Shown: one piece after another, positions 45,193 to 54,245 of the stretch
How positions within the stretch are numbered: the first letter of the stretch is position 1
Layout: every line of letters starts with the position of its first letter
Assembly: GCA_022750205.1 (NCBI GenBank)
Contig: JAKIWD010000002.1
Location: 1-54,245 of the forward strand
DNA length: 54,245 nucleotides
Reading direction: 5' to 3'
Origin: Thermoplasmata archaeon
GTDB lineage: Archaea > Thermoplasmatota > Thermoplasmata > Lutacidiplasmatales > UBA184
Translations under genes and position numbers: made by a program
Notes under the pieces: model-generated
The model's input: the letters and a program-made list of their open reading frames with translations, nothing else
Told to the model about the DNA's origin: nothing
Database searches by the model: none

Positions 45193-45745
45193 TCAGCGGC
45201 TCCTGACCCGCATCTTGTTCGTCAACTTGGGGTCGTGGCAGGCCTCGTACGGGGTCGTCCAACCGATCCCTCCGTGGATCCGAGCTCGGTTGTGCCGCCC
45301 GCGCCACTCGAAGAGCTCCCGGCGGAGTTGACTCGGCGAACGGAAGCGCCCCTTCTCCACGAGGCCCTGCGTGAGGATGCCGCGGAACCGTTCGAGCTTC
45401 GCTCTTCCTCGGGGGTCGTACGGCAATCTGTAGTTCACCGAGACGCCGTGAGCCCGGCAGAACTCGCGGAACTCCTTCGAGACGAAACCGCTTCCGCTGT
45501 CGACGTGGATGGCATTAGGCTTGCGACCGCCGTTGCACGCCCACCCGAGGTTGTTCGGGGCCTCTCGCGCCTTCTCTCGAAGGTAGGCGAGGGCCATCGC
45601 GAACTATCGGGGGCGATCGTCCAGGATGTGGTGGGCGTAGATCCGCCCCCGCACCCCGGCGATCCGGAACATGTGGTAGCCCGCCTGCCGGAGCGAGTCA
45701 ACGTGGCGGCGCTGGGGCCGCGATTCTCCTCGAGGTGTTTTAGGT
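45193..45745 (-). pseudogene. Integrase-core (rve, IS3/IS481-like) transposase fragment with an in-frame TAG, N-terminally truncated
   Basis: ..HVDSLRQAGYHMFRIAGVRGRIYAHHILDDRPR*FAMALAYL..AIHVDSGSGFVSKEFREFCRAHGV..RGRAKLERF... TAG at 45604-45606. No HTH region; abuts the stop of the TauE gene. Confidence 0.65.
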
Positions 45746-45759
45746 CGTTTCGTCCGGCC

Positions 45760-46695
45760 TCAGTCACGTTGTGTCGGGGCCCAGACGGGAGGTGGTCCCG
45801 GCGGCTCCTCCCTCGACGGCTCTGCCGAGGGCCGTCGGATGGCGTTGAGCGAGATCCACGTCAGGACCCCGATGGCGGCAAAAGCGACCGCGAGAGCGAG
45901 GTAGGACGCCTCGTTCGAAACCCACTTCATCGCAACGGCCACGCGGGACAGCCCGTAAGAGACGAGCAGCGCGTCGATCGACATGACAAAGCGGCGGAAA
46001 AACTCTGGACTCACCGAGCGGAGCAGCAACGTCCCGAGGGGAATGCCCACGACTACCGGCAAAACCAGCACCGGGAGAAGGCTGAGCGACGGCAGCGTGA
46101 TGAGATTGGCCCCGAACAAACTGCTGAAGGCAAAATAAGTCCCGAGTGTAAGTGTCGATTCGGCCACCCGTATCTGCGCGATCGCGCATCTGAACTCGTT
46201 CTTCGACATGCCCTGATTCCGCAAGAAGAGGGCGAGGGGCGGCCCGGAAATGGTCGTGAGGGCGTAGAGGAAGCCGATCCCGGGGCCGACCGCCAAGCCG
46301 CCCCGTCGTTCATTCTTGAACGGACGGTAGAAGCCGACCAGCTGCAGAAGTACCAGGGGCAGAAGGGTCGCGTAGACGATCACTTTGACGTCGTTCACGG
46401 CGAGATACGCAAGGCCGATCGTGCCGAGGATGACTCCTGGGAAGAGGGTCGTCACCACCGGCCGCGCGCGCCCCCACGTTTGCCGAATGAGCCGCCGCTC
46501 CCTCAAGAGCAACGTGCAGTTGACCGCAACCTCTACGATGACGAGCGCGGGGTTCAGGATTTTGTTGGTGTACCACAGGATCGCCACGGGGGTGACGATC
46601 GACGAGAAGCCGTATCCGACGGCCCCGTTGATCAACGCGGCAAAGAATGCCAGCAGACTGAGCCAGACTGGTGCAAACGGATCCATCTCAGTCAC
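45760..46695 (-). CDS. TauE/SafE-family (DUF81) anion/sulfite exporter
   Basis: ..FFAALINGAVGYGFSSIVTPVAILW.., eight hydrophobic helices in a two-repeat arrangement. Confidence 0.8.
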   Translation of the reverse strand: MTEMDPFAPVWLSLLAFFAALINGAVGYGFSSIVTPVAILWYTNKILNPALVIVEVAVNCTLLLRERRLIRQTWGRARPVVTTLFPGVILGTIGLAYLAVNDVKVIVYATLLPLVLLQLVGFYRPFKNERRGGLAVGPGIGFLYALTTISGPPLALFLRNQGMSKNEFRCAIAQIRVAESTLTLGTYFAFSSLFGANLITLPSLSLLPVLVLPVVVGIPLGTLLLRSVSPEFFRRFVMSIDALLVSYGLSRVAVAMKWVSNEASYLALAVAFAAIGVLTWISLNAIRRPSAEPSREEPPGPPPVWAPTQRD

Positions 46696-46889
46696 TCCGG
46701 GCGTCGCCCTGGTCGAGCGGGGATGCGCTGTTCAGTGTCGGGGGACCCCGCACGCCTGGCATCAGAGCCGGAACGCAGACCGCGGATTCGAGCGGTACTC
46801 ATCGGGGCCACGTGGGCGTTTTCTCCTTATCAGTGCGGTCCATTGACCCATAAGTAACCCATTTTAACTCGAGCACGGATGTCGGTGGC

Positions 46890-47861
46890 GTGCGGCGTGC
46901 GCCGTCAGTTCGTCTCCACTGGGAGCTGCGGCGCCAGTTGCTCGCCCTCGCCGGGTCCCCCGGAACTCCTTCGCGGATCGTCCTGCGGGCGCGGATCGCC
47001 CTGCTCGCCTCGGAGGGTGCCCGGAACAAGGACATCGCGCGGGAACTTGGCACGAGCCCCGCCACCGCCGCGCTATGGCGCCGTCGACTCCTTTCGCATG
47101 GGGTGGCCGGCCTGACCCGCGACGCACCTCGCTCCGGGCGACCCCCGTTGATCCCGATGGCGAAGGTCGAGGCGGTGATTCGCTCGAGTCACGAGCCGGG
47201 CCTTCCCGCTGGGAGACAGGTGCCCGCCAGGAGGCTAGCTCGAACACTAGGGATAAGCAAATCCACGGTACAGCGGATTCGGGGCGTCCATCGACCCGTA
47301 GGTGAGCCCACCCTCCCTGTTCGGCCCGCCGACGTCGGTTTGCAGTTCCTCGAACGGGTCACCGACCTCGTGGGCCTCTACCTGAACCCCCCTACGCGGG
47401 CCATTGCATTTTCCACCGACGAACGGCTCCCGCGCGCGCCCTCCGCGACAAAGGGCCAGAGGTTGCCAAGGAAGCCCCGACGCCGCCGACCGGGGGCGGA
47501 GTTTCGAGCATTCCTCCAGAGGGCGGACCAAGAGACGCCGCGGATCCTCGATGTCCATCTACTGGTCGATACCCGATTGTTGCCCGTCCTGCCGGAGGTG
47601 GAAAGCTGGCTGGGTCGCCACCCCCGGTTCCACCTTCATTTCATTCCTCCGGACCGGAGCGGCTTTACGCTGATGGACCGGCTCATCGAGGGCTTCGCCC
47701 GGCGGAAGGATCGGCCCGGCGCCACGGCGAGCGCTCACCGACTCAAGTACGCCCTTCGGGAACACCTGCGGCGGGATCGCGACCCCTCGGTCCCCTTCGC
47801 CTGGACGGCTGCTTCCTGCGAGGTTCGGGGGGCGTACGGCCGCCGGGAGTTTAAGCCATGA
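46890..47861 (+). CDS. IS630-like transposase homolog, intact ORF with a shortened catalytic core
   Basis: The HTH half is conserved (RIVLRARIALLASEGARNKDIARELGTSPATAALWRRR..SGRP..ISKSTVQRI..DLVGLYLNPP) and so is HPRFHLHFIP. Only 23 aa lie between the first Asp and the EF[RL]AFL helix versus 56 aa in the copy at 40.6 kb. No TIRs seen. Confidence 0.65.
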   Translation: MRRAPSVRLHWELRRQLLALAGSPGTPSRIVLRARIALLASEGARNKDIARELGTSPATAALWRRRLLSHGVAGLTRDAPRSGRPPLIPMAKVEAVIRSSHEPGLPAGRQVPARRLARTLGISKSTVQRIRGVHRPVGEPTLPVRPADVGLQFLERVTDLVGLYLNPPTRAIAFSTDERLPRAPSATKGQRLPRKPRRRRPGAEFRAFLQRADQETPRILDVHLLVDTRLLPVLPEVESWLGRHPRFHLHFIPPDRSGFTLMDRLIEGFARRKDRPGATASAHRLKYALREHLRRDRDPSVPFAWTAASCEVRGAYGRREFKP

Positions 47862-47865
47862 ATAT

Positions 47866-48663
47866 ATGGGACAGTCCGGTCCGGTCTTGAACGGCAGCGG
47901 GGAGCGAACTGTGGGGGGCCCGGCGGCGAAGCCCGCGCTGAGCCGGGCTCGGACCGCGTCTGTTGCCTATTTCGGAATCGGAGCAGGGCTGCTTATCCTC
48001 GCCAGCTTCGCCGGCTGGTACACCGTCACGGCCACCGTCGCCTCGGGGTCGTGTCACCAGATAGTCGAAACGCTCTACCCGGACTGGGTCGGTGTGACCC
48101 AGTCCGGTTCTTGCGGGATTCAGGCCGGGGTGGGCACATACCAAGCCGCCGGCCTAACTTCTACCGGCACCCTCTATCTCGAGGCCGTATCCTTTGCGTC
48201 CGTTGCGGCGGTCTTAGCAGCGGCGCTGGGGGCGGCGGTCTTCACGGCCATCCCACGTCATCTTTCGAGGCTGTTCCTTGTCCTGGGGATGGTCGCGATC
48301 GTCACCTGCGCACTCGGCCCCGTGCTGCTATTGGCGGAGCAGCCGGCAGATGTCTGTTCGGATCAGGGGTTGAAGTCAACCCCTTTAGGGGCAGGTGTAG
48401 CGAGCGGGCCCGCAAACCAGAGTCGATCTCCCACCCCGAACCCCGGTCCCGCTTGCAATGGCTGGACGTTTTACTCTGCGAACGGCGGGTGTTGCGGCTC
48501 GACTTGGAGCTCCAGTTCGGGCCCCTGGAACTCCTTTGCAGGAGGCTCCTCGCTCCAAGGCGCAACGGCAGTCTGGGCTCCGGGAATCGGATGGTATCTC
48601 TCGCTCGTGAGCGTCGCGTGCCTAGCAGCGGGGGTCTTTCTCGGACGTCGTGATGTGGGTTAG
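47866..48663 (+). CDS. Hypothetical 4-TM membrane protein with a Cys/Gly/Ser-rich loop
   Basis: VAYFGIGAGLLILASFAGWY, AVSFASVAAVLAAALGAAVF, LFLVLGMVAIVTCALGPVLLL, IGWYLSLVSVACLAAGVFL. ATG 4 nt after the preceding stop. Confidence 0.55.
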   Translation: MGQSGPVLNGSGERTVGGPAAKPALSRARTASVAYFGIGAGLLILASFAGWYTVTATVASGSCHQIVETLYPDWVGVTQSGSCGIQAGVGTYQAAGLTSTGTLYLEAVSFASVAAVLAAALGAAVFTAIPRHLSRLFLVLGMVAIVTCALGPVLLLAEQPADVCSDQGLKSTPLGAGVASGPANQSRSPTPNPGPACNGWTFYSANGGCCGSTWSSSSGPWNSFAGGSSLQGATAVWAPGIGWYLSLVSVACLAAGVFLGRRDVG

Positions 48664-49117
48664 GAGACCTTCCCAAGTGAACCCGCGCTCGGGAGGTCGA
48701 GGACCGCCCCCCGGCAAGTTTCGGCCTTCGGGCCAACGACCTGGGCCACCCAAGGGCCACGGCTCGCCTTCCGCCCGCAGGTTGGCCGCCTTCCGAACGA
48801 GCTCGGGCGTACTATGCCAGGGACGGGGCCGGGCGGCCCGAACGTGACTTCCTTCGCCTGGCGTTGAGCTCCGCCGTCGCAACCCCCACCCGCTCCGATC
48901 GCCGTTTGGGCTCGGAGGTCGCGACCTGCCTCGTGACCAAGGGGAGCGGTGCGGACACGTTGGAAGCTCCGGCCAACTCGGAGACCGCGTCCACGGGGGG
49001 GCGCCTTCTAACCGAGTCCCTTCCGGGGTAGGACGTCGGGCCTGCGAATTCCCGGGCTTCGCCGAGCGGTTCCAATGCGCCCCAGGGGGGTCGCGCTCGG
49101 TCCTCGCGAGCCGACGC

Positions 49118-50131
49118 CTACCCGGGGGTGGCGAAGAGCCCCGGTCGTTCCCCGTCAAGCGGCGGAGGGGTGGGCCATTCAACTTGCGCCGACTCCTCCG
49201 CTACGTACAGCGGCGCGCAGATCGCGCACCACGCGCGGGCCTGGGCGCTGAGTGCCGCTACCGCGCATCGGGCGCAGAGAGCTCGTCGGCACTCCGGACA
49301 ATGTCTCCAATCGACCGGGTCTTCGACCGTCCGACGGCAAGTGGCGCAGCGCGGCCTCCCGGCGCGGGAGGATTCCGGCACGGGAGGGTCGGCGGGAGCG
49401 GCGGATGCGGGGGCCCCTTCCAAGCGAAGGTGCGGGGGCGTCGGGCTGAGCGCCTCGAGTTCGATCGCCGTGGAACCCGAGAACTCGAATTCGGTGGAGA
49501 TGCCCCGGCCGTCGGCGTCCCCTACCGTCACGGACGGCCGACCGAACGAAGAGCCGCTTGTGCTTGTCTCCTCCATACGGAAGGAAGGCTCGCCCTTGGC
49601 GAAAACGCCCGAGGACGGTGTGGGAGTCATCGGGGCGAACGTCTCGGGCACCGGTGGCACCAGGTGGACCGGGAGCTCCGACGCACCGAGGTCCGGTGCC
49701 TCCCAGATCATGTCGCCAGCGCCGGCCGAGGCATGAACTCCGGTGAGGGTCGAGAAGCGGGCTGGGACCTTCCCAAACTCCCCGTAAGGGGTTCGCGAGG
49801 ACATCGAAACCATTCGCGCCGGAACCGGCGGGAGCCGTCGAGGACGGGCCGACAAGGCAATTGGGCGTGGGGACGAGCGACCGGCCGGCGGGCCGGTGGG
49901 TGAGGGAATCTGCCCGCCGCTCCACGCCGCTTCGAGCAACGCGCCTCCGACGAGAGCTGCGCCCAGCAGAGAACCGGCAGCTCCGACTATTCCCCCGATC
50001 GAGGTGAGCACGACGACGAAGATCGCCGAGGCGACCAGGGTGAGGATCCCGTACCACAATACAGGTTGTGGTAACCGGCCTTCAAGCGGCGCGGGAGCGA
50101 ACCGGAGTGGGCGCACCGGAATATCGGCCAT
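49118..50131 (-). CDS. 2-TM membrane protein with disordered linker and C-terminal 8-Cys zinc module (same architecture as 39538..40467)
   Basis: VLWYGILTLVASAIFVVVLTSIGGIVGAAGSLLGAALVGGALL. C-terminus CATC-x12-CPEC-x4-CARC-x12-CAIC. Confidence 0.65.
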   Translation of the reverse strand: MADIPVRPLRFAPAPLEGRLPQPVLWYGILTLVASAIFVVVLTSIGGIVGAAGSLLGAALVGGALLEAAWSGGQIPSPTGPPAGRSSPRPIALSARPRRLPPVPARMVSMSSRTPYGEFGKVPARFSTLTGVHASAGAGDMIWEAPDLGASELPVHLVPPVPETFAPMTPTPSSGVFAKGEPSFRMEETSTSGSSFGRPSVTVGDADGRGISTEFEFSGSTAIELEALSPTPPHLRLEGAPASAAPADPPVPESSRAGRPRCATCRRTVEDPVDWRHCPECRRALCARCAVAALSAQARAWCAICAPLYVAEESAQVEWPTPPPLDGERPGLFATPG

Positions 50132-50288
50132 CTTGCCCCGTCTCGTTTTCGCGACCTTGCTGATTAGAAGCTATGGGCGCATGGGAACTGGAGCGGCGCA
50201 CGACCCTTCAACCCCGCCGACATCGCGCAGGTGACGATTTTCTCCCGAAACCTTTTCGTCTCGGCGTGGGTCGGCTCACCCCCTAGCC

Positions 50289-52211
50289 GTGTCCGAAGAC
50301 GCTCCGGCGATCACGGTGACGTTCCCCGACGGCCGGAAGGCCGACGTCGCGCGGGGGAGCCCCGTGGGCGCCGCGTTGGAGCGCTGGCGACCGGACCTTC
50401 GAAAGCGGCTGCTCGCCGCGACTTGGGAGGGCATCCCGGTCGATCTGAGCCATCCGATCGTAGGCCCGGGCGAACTGGCGCCGCTTACGTTCGACGACGC
50501 GGCGGGAAAGGAGATCCTGCGGCATTCGGCCGCCCACCTCGTCGCCAAAGCGGTCACGGAGGTGATCCCTTCGGCCCTACCCACTGTAGGCCCCCCGACG
50601 GAGGAGGGGTTCTACTACGATTTTGACGTTCGACCCCTGACCCCGGAGGACATATCCCAGGTGCAAGCGGCGATCGCCCGGGCGGTCCAAGCGCAAGAAC
50701 CGTTCGCCCGGCGCGAGCTTTCGAAACCCGAAGCCCTCCAACTCCTCGCCAAGAACCGTCACAAGCAGGGATACATCGCCGACGTACCGGCGGACGGGAG
50801 GGTCTCGTTCTACTCGACCGGGGACTTTCTCGACCTGTGTCGGGGCCCGCACGTGCCGCACACGGGACACCTTCGAGGGATCCACCTCCTGGGATTCTCG
50901 GCCGTGACCCAAGGCGGCACCGCCGACGGGCTTCCCCTCCAGCGGATCCGCGGGGTGGCGTTCCCTACGGCCGAAGAACTCGCCACGTTCCTCCGTCTGC
51001 GGGCCGAGGCGGAAGCCCGCGACCACCGGGTCCTCGGGCCCCGGCTCGATCTGTTCTCGTTCGTTGAAGAGAGCCCCGGGTTCCCATTCTGGCACCCCCG
51101 GGGCATGATCGTCGTGCGCGAGCTAGAGAAGTTCGTGCTCGAACATCTCCACGCAGAAGGCTACTCGGAGATCCGCACCCCGCTGATGTTCGCCCGGTCG
51201 ATCTTCGAGACCAGCGGACATTGGGAGCACTACCGGGCCGACCTGTTCTTGACCTCGCTCGATGGACGCGAGTTCGCGATCAAGCCGATGAATTGCCCCG
51301 GGTCCATGCTCATCTTCCGGTCGCGCGCGCGCAGCTACCGCGAGCTGCCGATGCGATTGGCCGAGTTCGCGCCTCTCCACCGGGTCGAGGCGAGCGGCAC
51401 GATCCACGGGATGACCCGGGTGCGTGAGTTCATCCAGGATGACGCCCACCTCTTCGTGACCGAGGATCAGATCGCCGCCGAGGTCGCCACGCTGCTCCGC
51501 TGGGTGCGCGAAGCGTTCTCACTGTTCCAGTTCGAGTGGTCGTACGAGCTCTCCACCCGCCCGGCCCAATTCCTCGGGGAACCGGCACTGTGGGACCGTG
51601 CGGAGGCGATCCTCGAGGAAGGGCTGAAGGCGTCCGGGACCCCGTATCAGTTGCACGCCGGCGAGGGGGCGTTCTACGGGCCGAAGATCGACATCCACCT
51701 GCGCGACAGCCTCGGGCGCCCGTGGCAGACGGGGACCATCCAGCTCGACTTCCAGCTGCCACGACGATTCGGTCTGGAGTACCAAGGACCGGACGGCGCG
51801 ATGCACGTGCCGGTCGTCATCCATCGAACGATCCTCGGCAGCTGGGAGCGGTTCATTGGCGTCCTCCTGGAACACTGCGCCGGCCGGCTCCCGCCTTGGC
51901 TGGCGCCCGTCCAGGTTCGGGTGCTCCCCGTCTCCGAGCCCCATGCGCCGGGGGTCGCGGCGCTGGTGACCCAGCTACGCTCGAAGGGGATCCGCGCGGA
52001 GGCGACGGGCAGCGAAGAGACCCTGTCCAAACGAGTTCGGGCGGCAGAGCTCGAGCGCATCCCCTACGTACTCGTGCTCGGTGACCAAGAGGCGGCCCAG
52101 GGGACCGTGGCGATCCGGCGTCACGGGATCAAGGGCCAGGAGTCCGTCGCCCAGCCGGCGGCCTGCGACATGATCGCCGAGCGAGTCCGTGTGCGCTCGT
52201 TCGCGCCCTGA
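50289..52211 (+). CDS. thrS: Threonyl-tRNA synthetase (TGS + SAD editing + class II core + anticodon-binding domain)
   Basis: ITVTFPDGRK (TGS), LRHSAAHLVAKA (HxxxH editing), FWHPRG, FAIKPMNCPG, HRVEASG, GAFYGPKID. GTG start. Confidence 0.92.
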   Translation: MSEDAPAITVTFPDGRKADVARGSPVGAALERWRPDLRKRLLAATWEGIPVDLSHPIVGPGELAPLTFDDAAGKEILRHSAAHLVAKAVTEVIPSALPTVGPPTEEGFYYDFDVRPLTPEDISQVQAAIARAVQAQEPFARRELSKPEALQLLAKNRHKQGYIADVPADGRVSFYSTGDFLDLCRGPHVPHTGHLRGIHLLGFSAVTQGGTADGLPLQRIRGVAFPTAEELATFLRLRAEAEARDHRVLGPRLDLFSFVEESPGFPFWHPRGMIVVRELEKFVLEHLHAEGYSEIRTPLMFARSIFETSGHWEHYRADLFLTSLDGREFAIKPMNCPGSMLIFRSRARSYRELPMRLAEFAPLHRVEASGTIHGMTRVREFIQDDAHLFVTEDQIAAEVATLLRWVREAFSLFQFEWSYELSTRPAQFLGEPALWDRAEAILEEGLKASGTPYQLHAGEGAFYGPKIDIHLRDSLGRPWQTGTIQLDFQLPRRFGLEYQGPDGAMHVPVVIHRTILGSWERFIGVLLEHCAGRLPPWLAPVQVRVLPVSEPHAPGVAALVTQLRSKGIRAEATGSEETLSKRVRAAELERIPYVLVLGDQEAAQGTVAIRRHGIKGQESVAQPAACDMIAERVRVRSFAP

Positions 52212-52225
52212 GACCATCGAGCGCG

Positions 52226-52426
52226 CTAACGCCGTGTCGTCCGGCTGGTCCGGCGTGCCTCGCGACGAGCGTTGAGGAACGAAGTCTCCAGGTCGGCGCT
52301 CCCGAGCTGGTGGGCGTCACGCAGGTGCGCGCGCATGCCCGAGAGCTCGATCTTCCGCCCGCAGTATCGACAGGGGACCCGGGTCCTGCGACCCTGGGCG
52401 GCGATGGTCGAGCCCCCCGACAACAT
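52226..52426 (-). CDS. Small C2H2-type zinc-finger protein (66 aa)
   Basis: CRYCGRKIELSGMRAHLRDAH = C-x2-C-x11-H-x4-H; basic C-terminal tail. Confidence 0.45.
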   Translation of the reverse strand: MLSGGSTIAAQGRRTRVPCRYCGRKIELSGMRAHLRDAHQLGSADLETSFLNARREARRTSRTTRR

Positions 52427-52584
52427 TCGAATCGCCTAGCGACTATGGGGTTATGAACCGCGCGCTGGGCAAGACGGGGGGGTTCTCGGCGGTAGAGGCG
52501 CCCAATTTCGCGCGCCAAACCCCGGCAATAATCCTTTAATAGACGACCCGGTGAGCGGAGCCGGACCCGCCCCGAGGGAAATCG

Positions 52585-54245
52585 ATGAGCCTGTCCACCT
52601 CGCAACTGGAGATTGTCGTCGTCCTGGCTTCGCTGCTCGCGCTCGGCTACGCCGGCGTGCAGACGTTCCTCGTCCTGCGCGAGGACGAGGGGGACGAGAC
52701 GATGAAGTCGATCTCGCTCGCGATCCGTGAGGGCGCCATCGCCTTCCTCAAACGCGAGTACCTGGCGGTGGCGGCGGTCGGAGCCGTCCTCGCGGTCATC
52801 ATCTTCGTGGCGTTCGGCCTTTCGACCAACTTCACGACGAGCGCCGACCTCGCCGTCGGCTTCATCTTCGGGGCCGCGGGCAGCGCGCTGGCCGGGGCGG
52901 TCGGGATGCTGGTGTCGGTCCGCGCCAACGTGCGGACCGCGGCGCATGCTCGCAAGGCGAACCTCGCCGCGACGATGAGCTACGCGTTCCGGGGAGGCAG
53001 CGTCACGGGGCTGTCGGTCGCCGGGCTCGCCCTCTTGGAGCTCGTCGGATTCTACGCGCTCTTCGGAGGCAACGTCCTGTCGATGACCGGTGTGCTGTTT
53101 GGCGCCTCCCTCATGAGCCTCTTCGCCCGCGTCGGCGGCGGGATCTACACCAAGGGCGCCGACGTCGGGGCGGACCTCGTCGGCAAGCTCGAGGCGGGGA
53201 TCCCGGAGGACGACCCGCGCAACCCGGCTGTCATCGCCGACAACGTCGGCGACAACGTGGGCGACTGCGCGGGGATGGCCGCGGACCTGTTCGAAACCTA
53301 CGTCGTGACCGCCGTCAGTGCGATGTTGCTGGCCTATCTGATCTCCAGCGTCACCGTCGCCTTCCCCAATGCGATCCTCTACCCGCTGCTCGTCTGCGCG
53401 TGGGCGATCGTGGCGACCGTCGTGGGCGCCCAGTTCGTTCGCATGCGGCCCGGCGGGTCGATCATGGGGGCGCTGTACCAGGGGTTGGCCGGAACGACCG
53501 CCGTCGGGCTGGTGGGCCTGTACGCGCTCGACGTCTGGTTCATGAACGGGAGTCTCGGGATCTTCGGCGCGACCGCGGTCGGGCTGATCGTGATGGTCCT
53601 GATCGTGATCACCACGGATTACTACACCTCCGCGAGCTACCGGCCGGTCGCCCGCATCGCCGAGTCCGCGCAGGCCGGAGCCGGCCCGACGGTCATCACG
53701 GGCCTCTCGGTCGGCCTTGAGTCGGTCTGGGTCCCGGGCCTCGTCATCGTCGCCGGAACCCTCAGCGCGTTCGCCGCGGTGGGCGTCACCGGAACCTGGG
53801 GTCACTACGTCGTCAACAACGAGCTCGGACTGTATGGGGTAGGCCTTGCCGCGGCGAGCATGCTCGCCGTGACGGGCATGATCATCTCCATCGACGCGTT
53901 CGGGCCGATCACCGACAACGCCGGGGGCATCGCCGAGATGGCCAAACTCCCGCCCGAGGCGCGCGCCGTCACCGACCCGCTCGACGCCGTGGGGAACACC
54001 ACCAAAGCGATCACCAAGGGATACGCCATCGGATCGGCGGTCCTGGCGGCGCTCGCCCTGTTCGCGGCCTACACGTTCGCGGCGGCCCGTGAGTGGCAGC
54101 CCAACCTGCCGCCCGACGTGGCCTGGACGCTGTTCACCCAGCAGCTGTACATCTCCAACCCGCTCGTCGTCGCCGGACTGATCGTCGGCGCGATCTTGCC
54201 GTTCTTCTTCACCTCGTTCCTGATGAATGCCGTCGGCGTCGCGGC
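52585..54245 (+). CDS. hppA: Membrane H+-translocating pyrophosphatase, 3'-truncated by the window edge; K+-independent signature
   Basis: Own translation (not in the track because there is no stop in the window): [22 protein letters not shown].., [58 protein letters not shown] 52585 preceded by GAGG. Confidence 0.9.
   Translation, partial: MSLSTSQLEIVVVLASLLALGYAGVQTFLVLREDEGDETMKSISLAIREGAIAFLKREYLAVAAVGAVLAVIIFVAFGLSTNFTTSADLAVGFIFGAAGSALAGAVGMLVSVRANVRTAAHARKANLAATMSYAFRGGSVTGLSVAGLALLELVGFYALFGGNVLSMTGVLFGASLMSLFARVGGGIYTKGADVGADLVGKLEAGIPEDDPRNPAVIADNVGDNVGDCAGMAADLFETYVVTAVSAMLLAYLISSVTVAFPNAILYPLLVCAWAIVATVVGAQFVRMRPGGSIMGALYQGLAGTTAVGLVGLYALDVWFMNGSLGIFGATAVGLIVMVLIVITTDYYTSASYRPVARIAESAQAGAGPTVITGLSVGLESVWVPGLVIVAGTLSAFAAVGVTGTWGHYVVNNELGLYGVGLAAASMLAVTGMIISIDAFGPITDNAGGIAEMAKLPPEARAVTDPLDAVGNTTKAITKGYAIGSAVLAALALFAAYTFAAAREWQPNLPPDVAWTLFTQQLYISNPLVVAGLIVGAILPFFFTSFLMNAVGVA

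Noticed and set aside
45166-46857. 563-aa plus-strand ORF antisense to the rve relic and TauE
   Set aside because: Shadow ORF. The minus strand encodes recognisable rve and TauE sequences.
52129-53805. 558-aa minus-strand ORF
   Set aside because: It is antisense to the H+-PPase, whose plus-strand translation carries all the family signatures.
1-54245. CRISPR arrays, rRNA genes, prophage or integrase-att structures, classic defence genes (nucleases, helicases, methyltransferases)
   Set aside because: I scanned for regularly spaced direct repeats and for hallmark motifs and saw none. The only mobile-element signals are the IS relics listed.

Overview
GC-rich chromosomal segment, most likely from an archaeon. 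Supporting signs: deoxyhypusine synthase, a PyrB/PyrI pair, short AT-rich TATA-like islands about 25 nt upstream of starts, and many GTG starts and 4-nt gene overlaps. All calls come from reading the six-frame translations and the DNA by eye; no searches were run, so family names rest on recognised motifs.

Layout:
- 1-5.7 kb: an orphan gene, a vapBC toxin-antitoxin pair, a 0.8-kb ORF-free GC-rich gap that may encode a structured RNA, and a ~1080-aa Kelch/PKD surface protein.
- 5.8-27.7 kb: ilvE, a VOC enzyme and cysC, followed by a large cell-surface glycan locus. The locus holds a Wzx-like flippase, a soluble sulfatase-fold enzyme with a Thr/His active-site variant, two convergent ~830-aa multi-TM paralogs, an SDR epimerase/dehydratase, two tandem GNATs, GT4, GT2 with a C-terminal extension, a PKD surface protein and a DegT aminotransferase. 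TldD/PmbA follow.
- 27.7-40.5 kb: small Cys-rich proteins, two STAND-type P-loop/TPR proteins (one with an N-terminal wHTH), a SUOX-family Mo enzyme, deoxyhypusine synthase, a UPF0016 transporter with no usable start codon, pyrI-pyrB, an EamA transporter, and a 2-TM protein ending in an 8-Cys zinc module.
- 40.6-47.9 kb: a decaying island bounded by IS630-like genes. It holds a dead IS630 copy, a split CPA2 antiporter, 1.2 kb of non-coding DNA, a HisA/HisF-like gene, an rve fragment, TauE, and an intact but core-deleted IS630-like ORF.
- 47.9-54.2 kb: a membrane protein, a second 2-TM/8-Cys protein, thrS, a small C2H2 protein, and a 3'-truncated H+-PPase of the K+-independent type.

No rRNA, tRNA or CRISPR array was recognised. 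The many long R/P/G-rich antisense ORFs in the track are treated as high-GC shadow ORFs. No single striking new system can be demonstrated from sequence alone. The best candidates for follow-up are the convergent GT-C-like paralog pair, the wHTH-STAND-TPR protein, the candidate RNA at 1.9-2.2 kb, and the duplicated membrane-tethered 8-Cys module.
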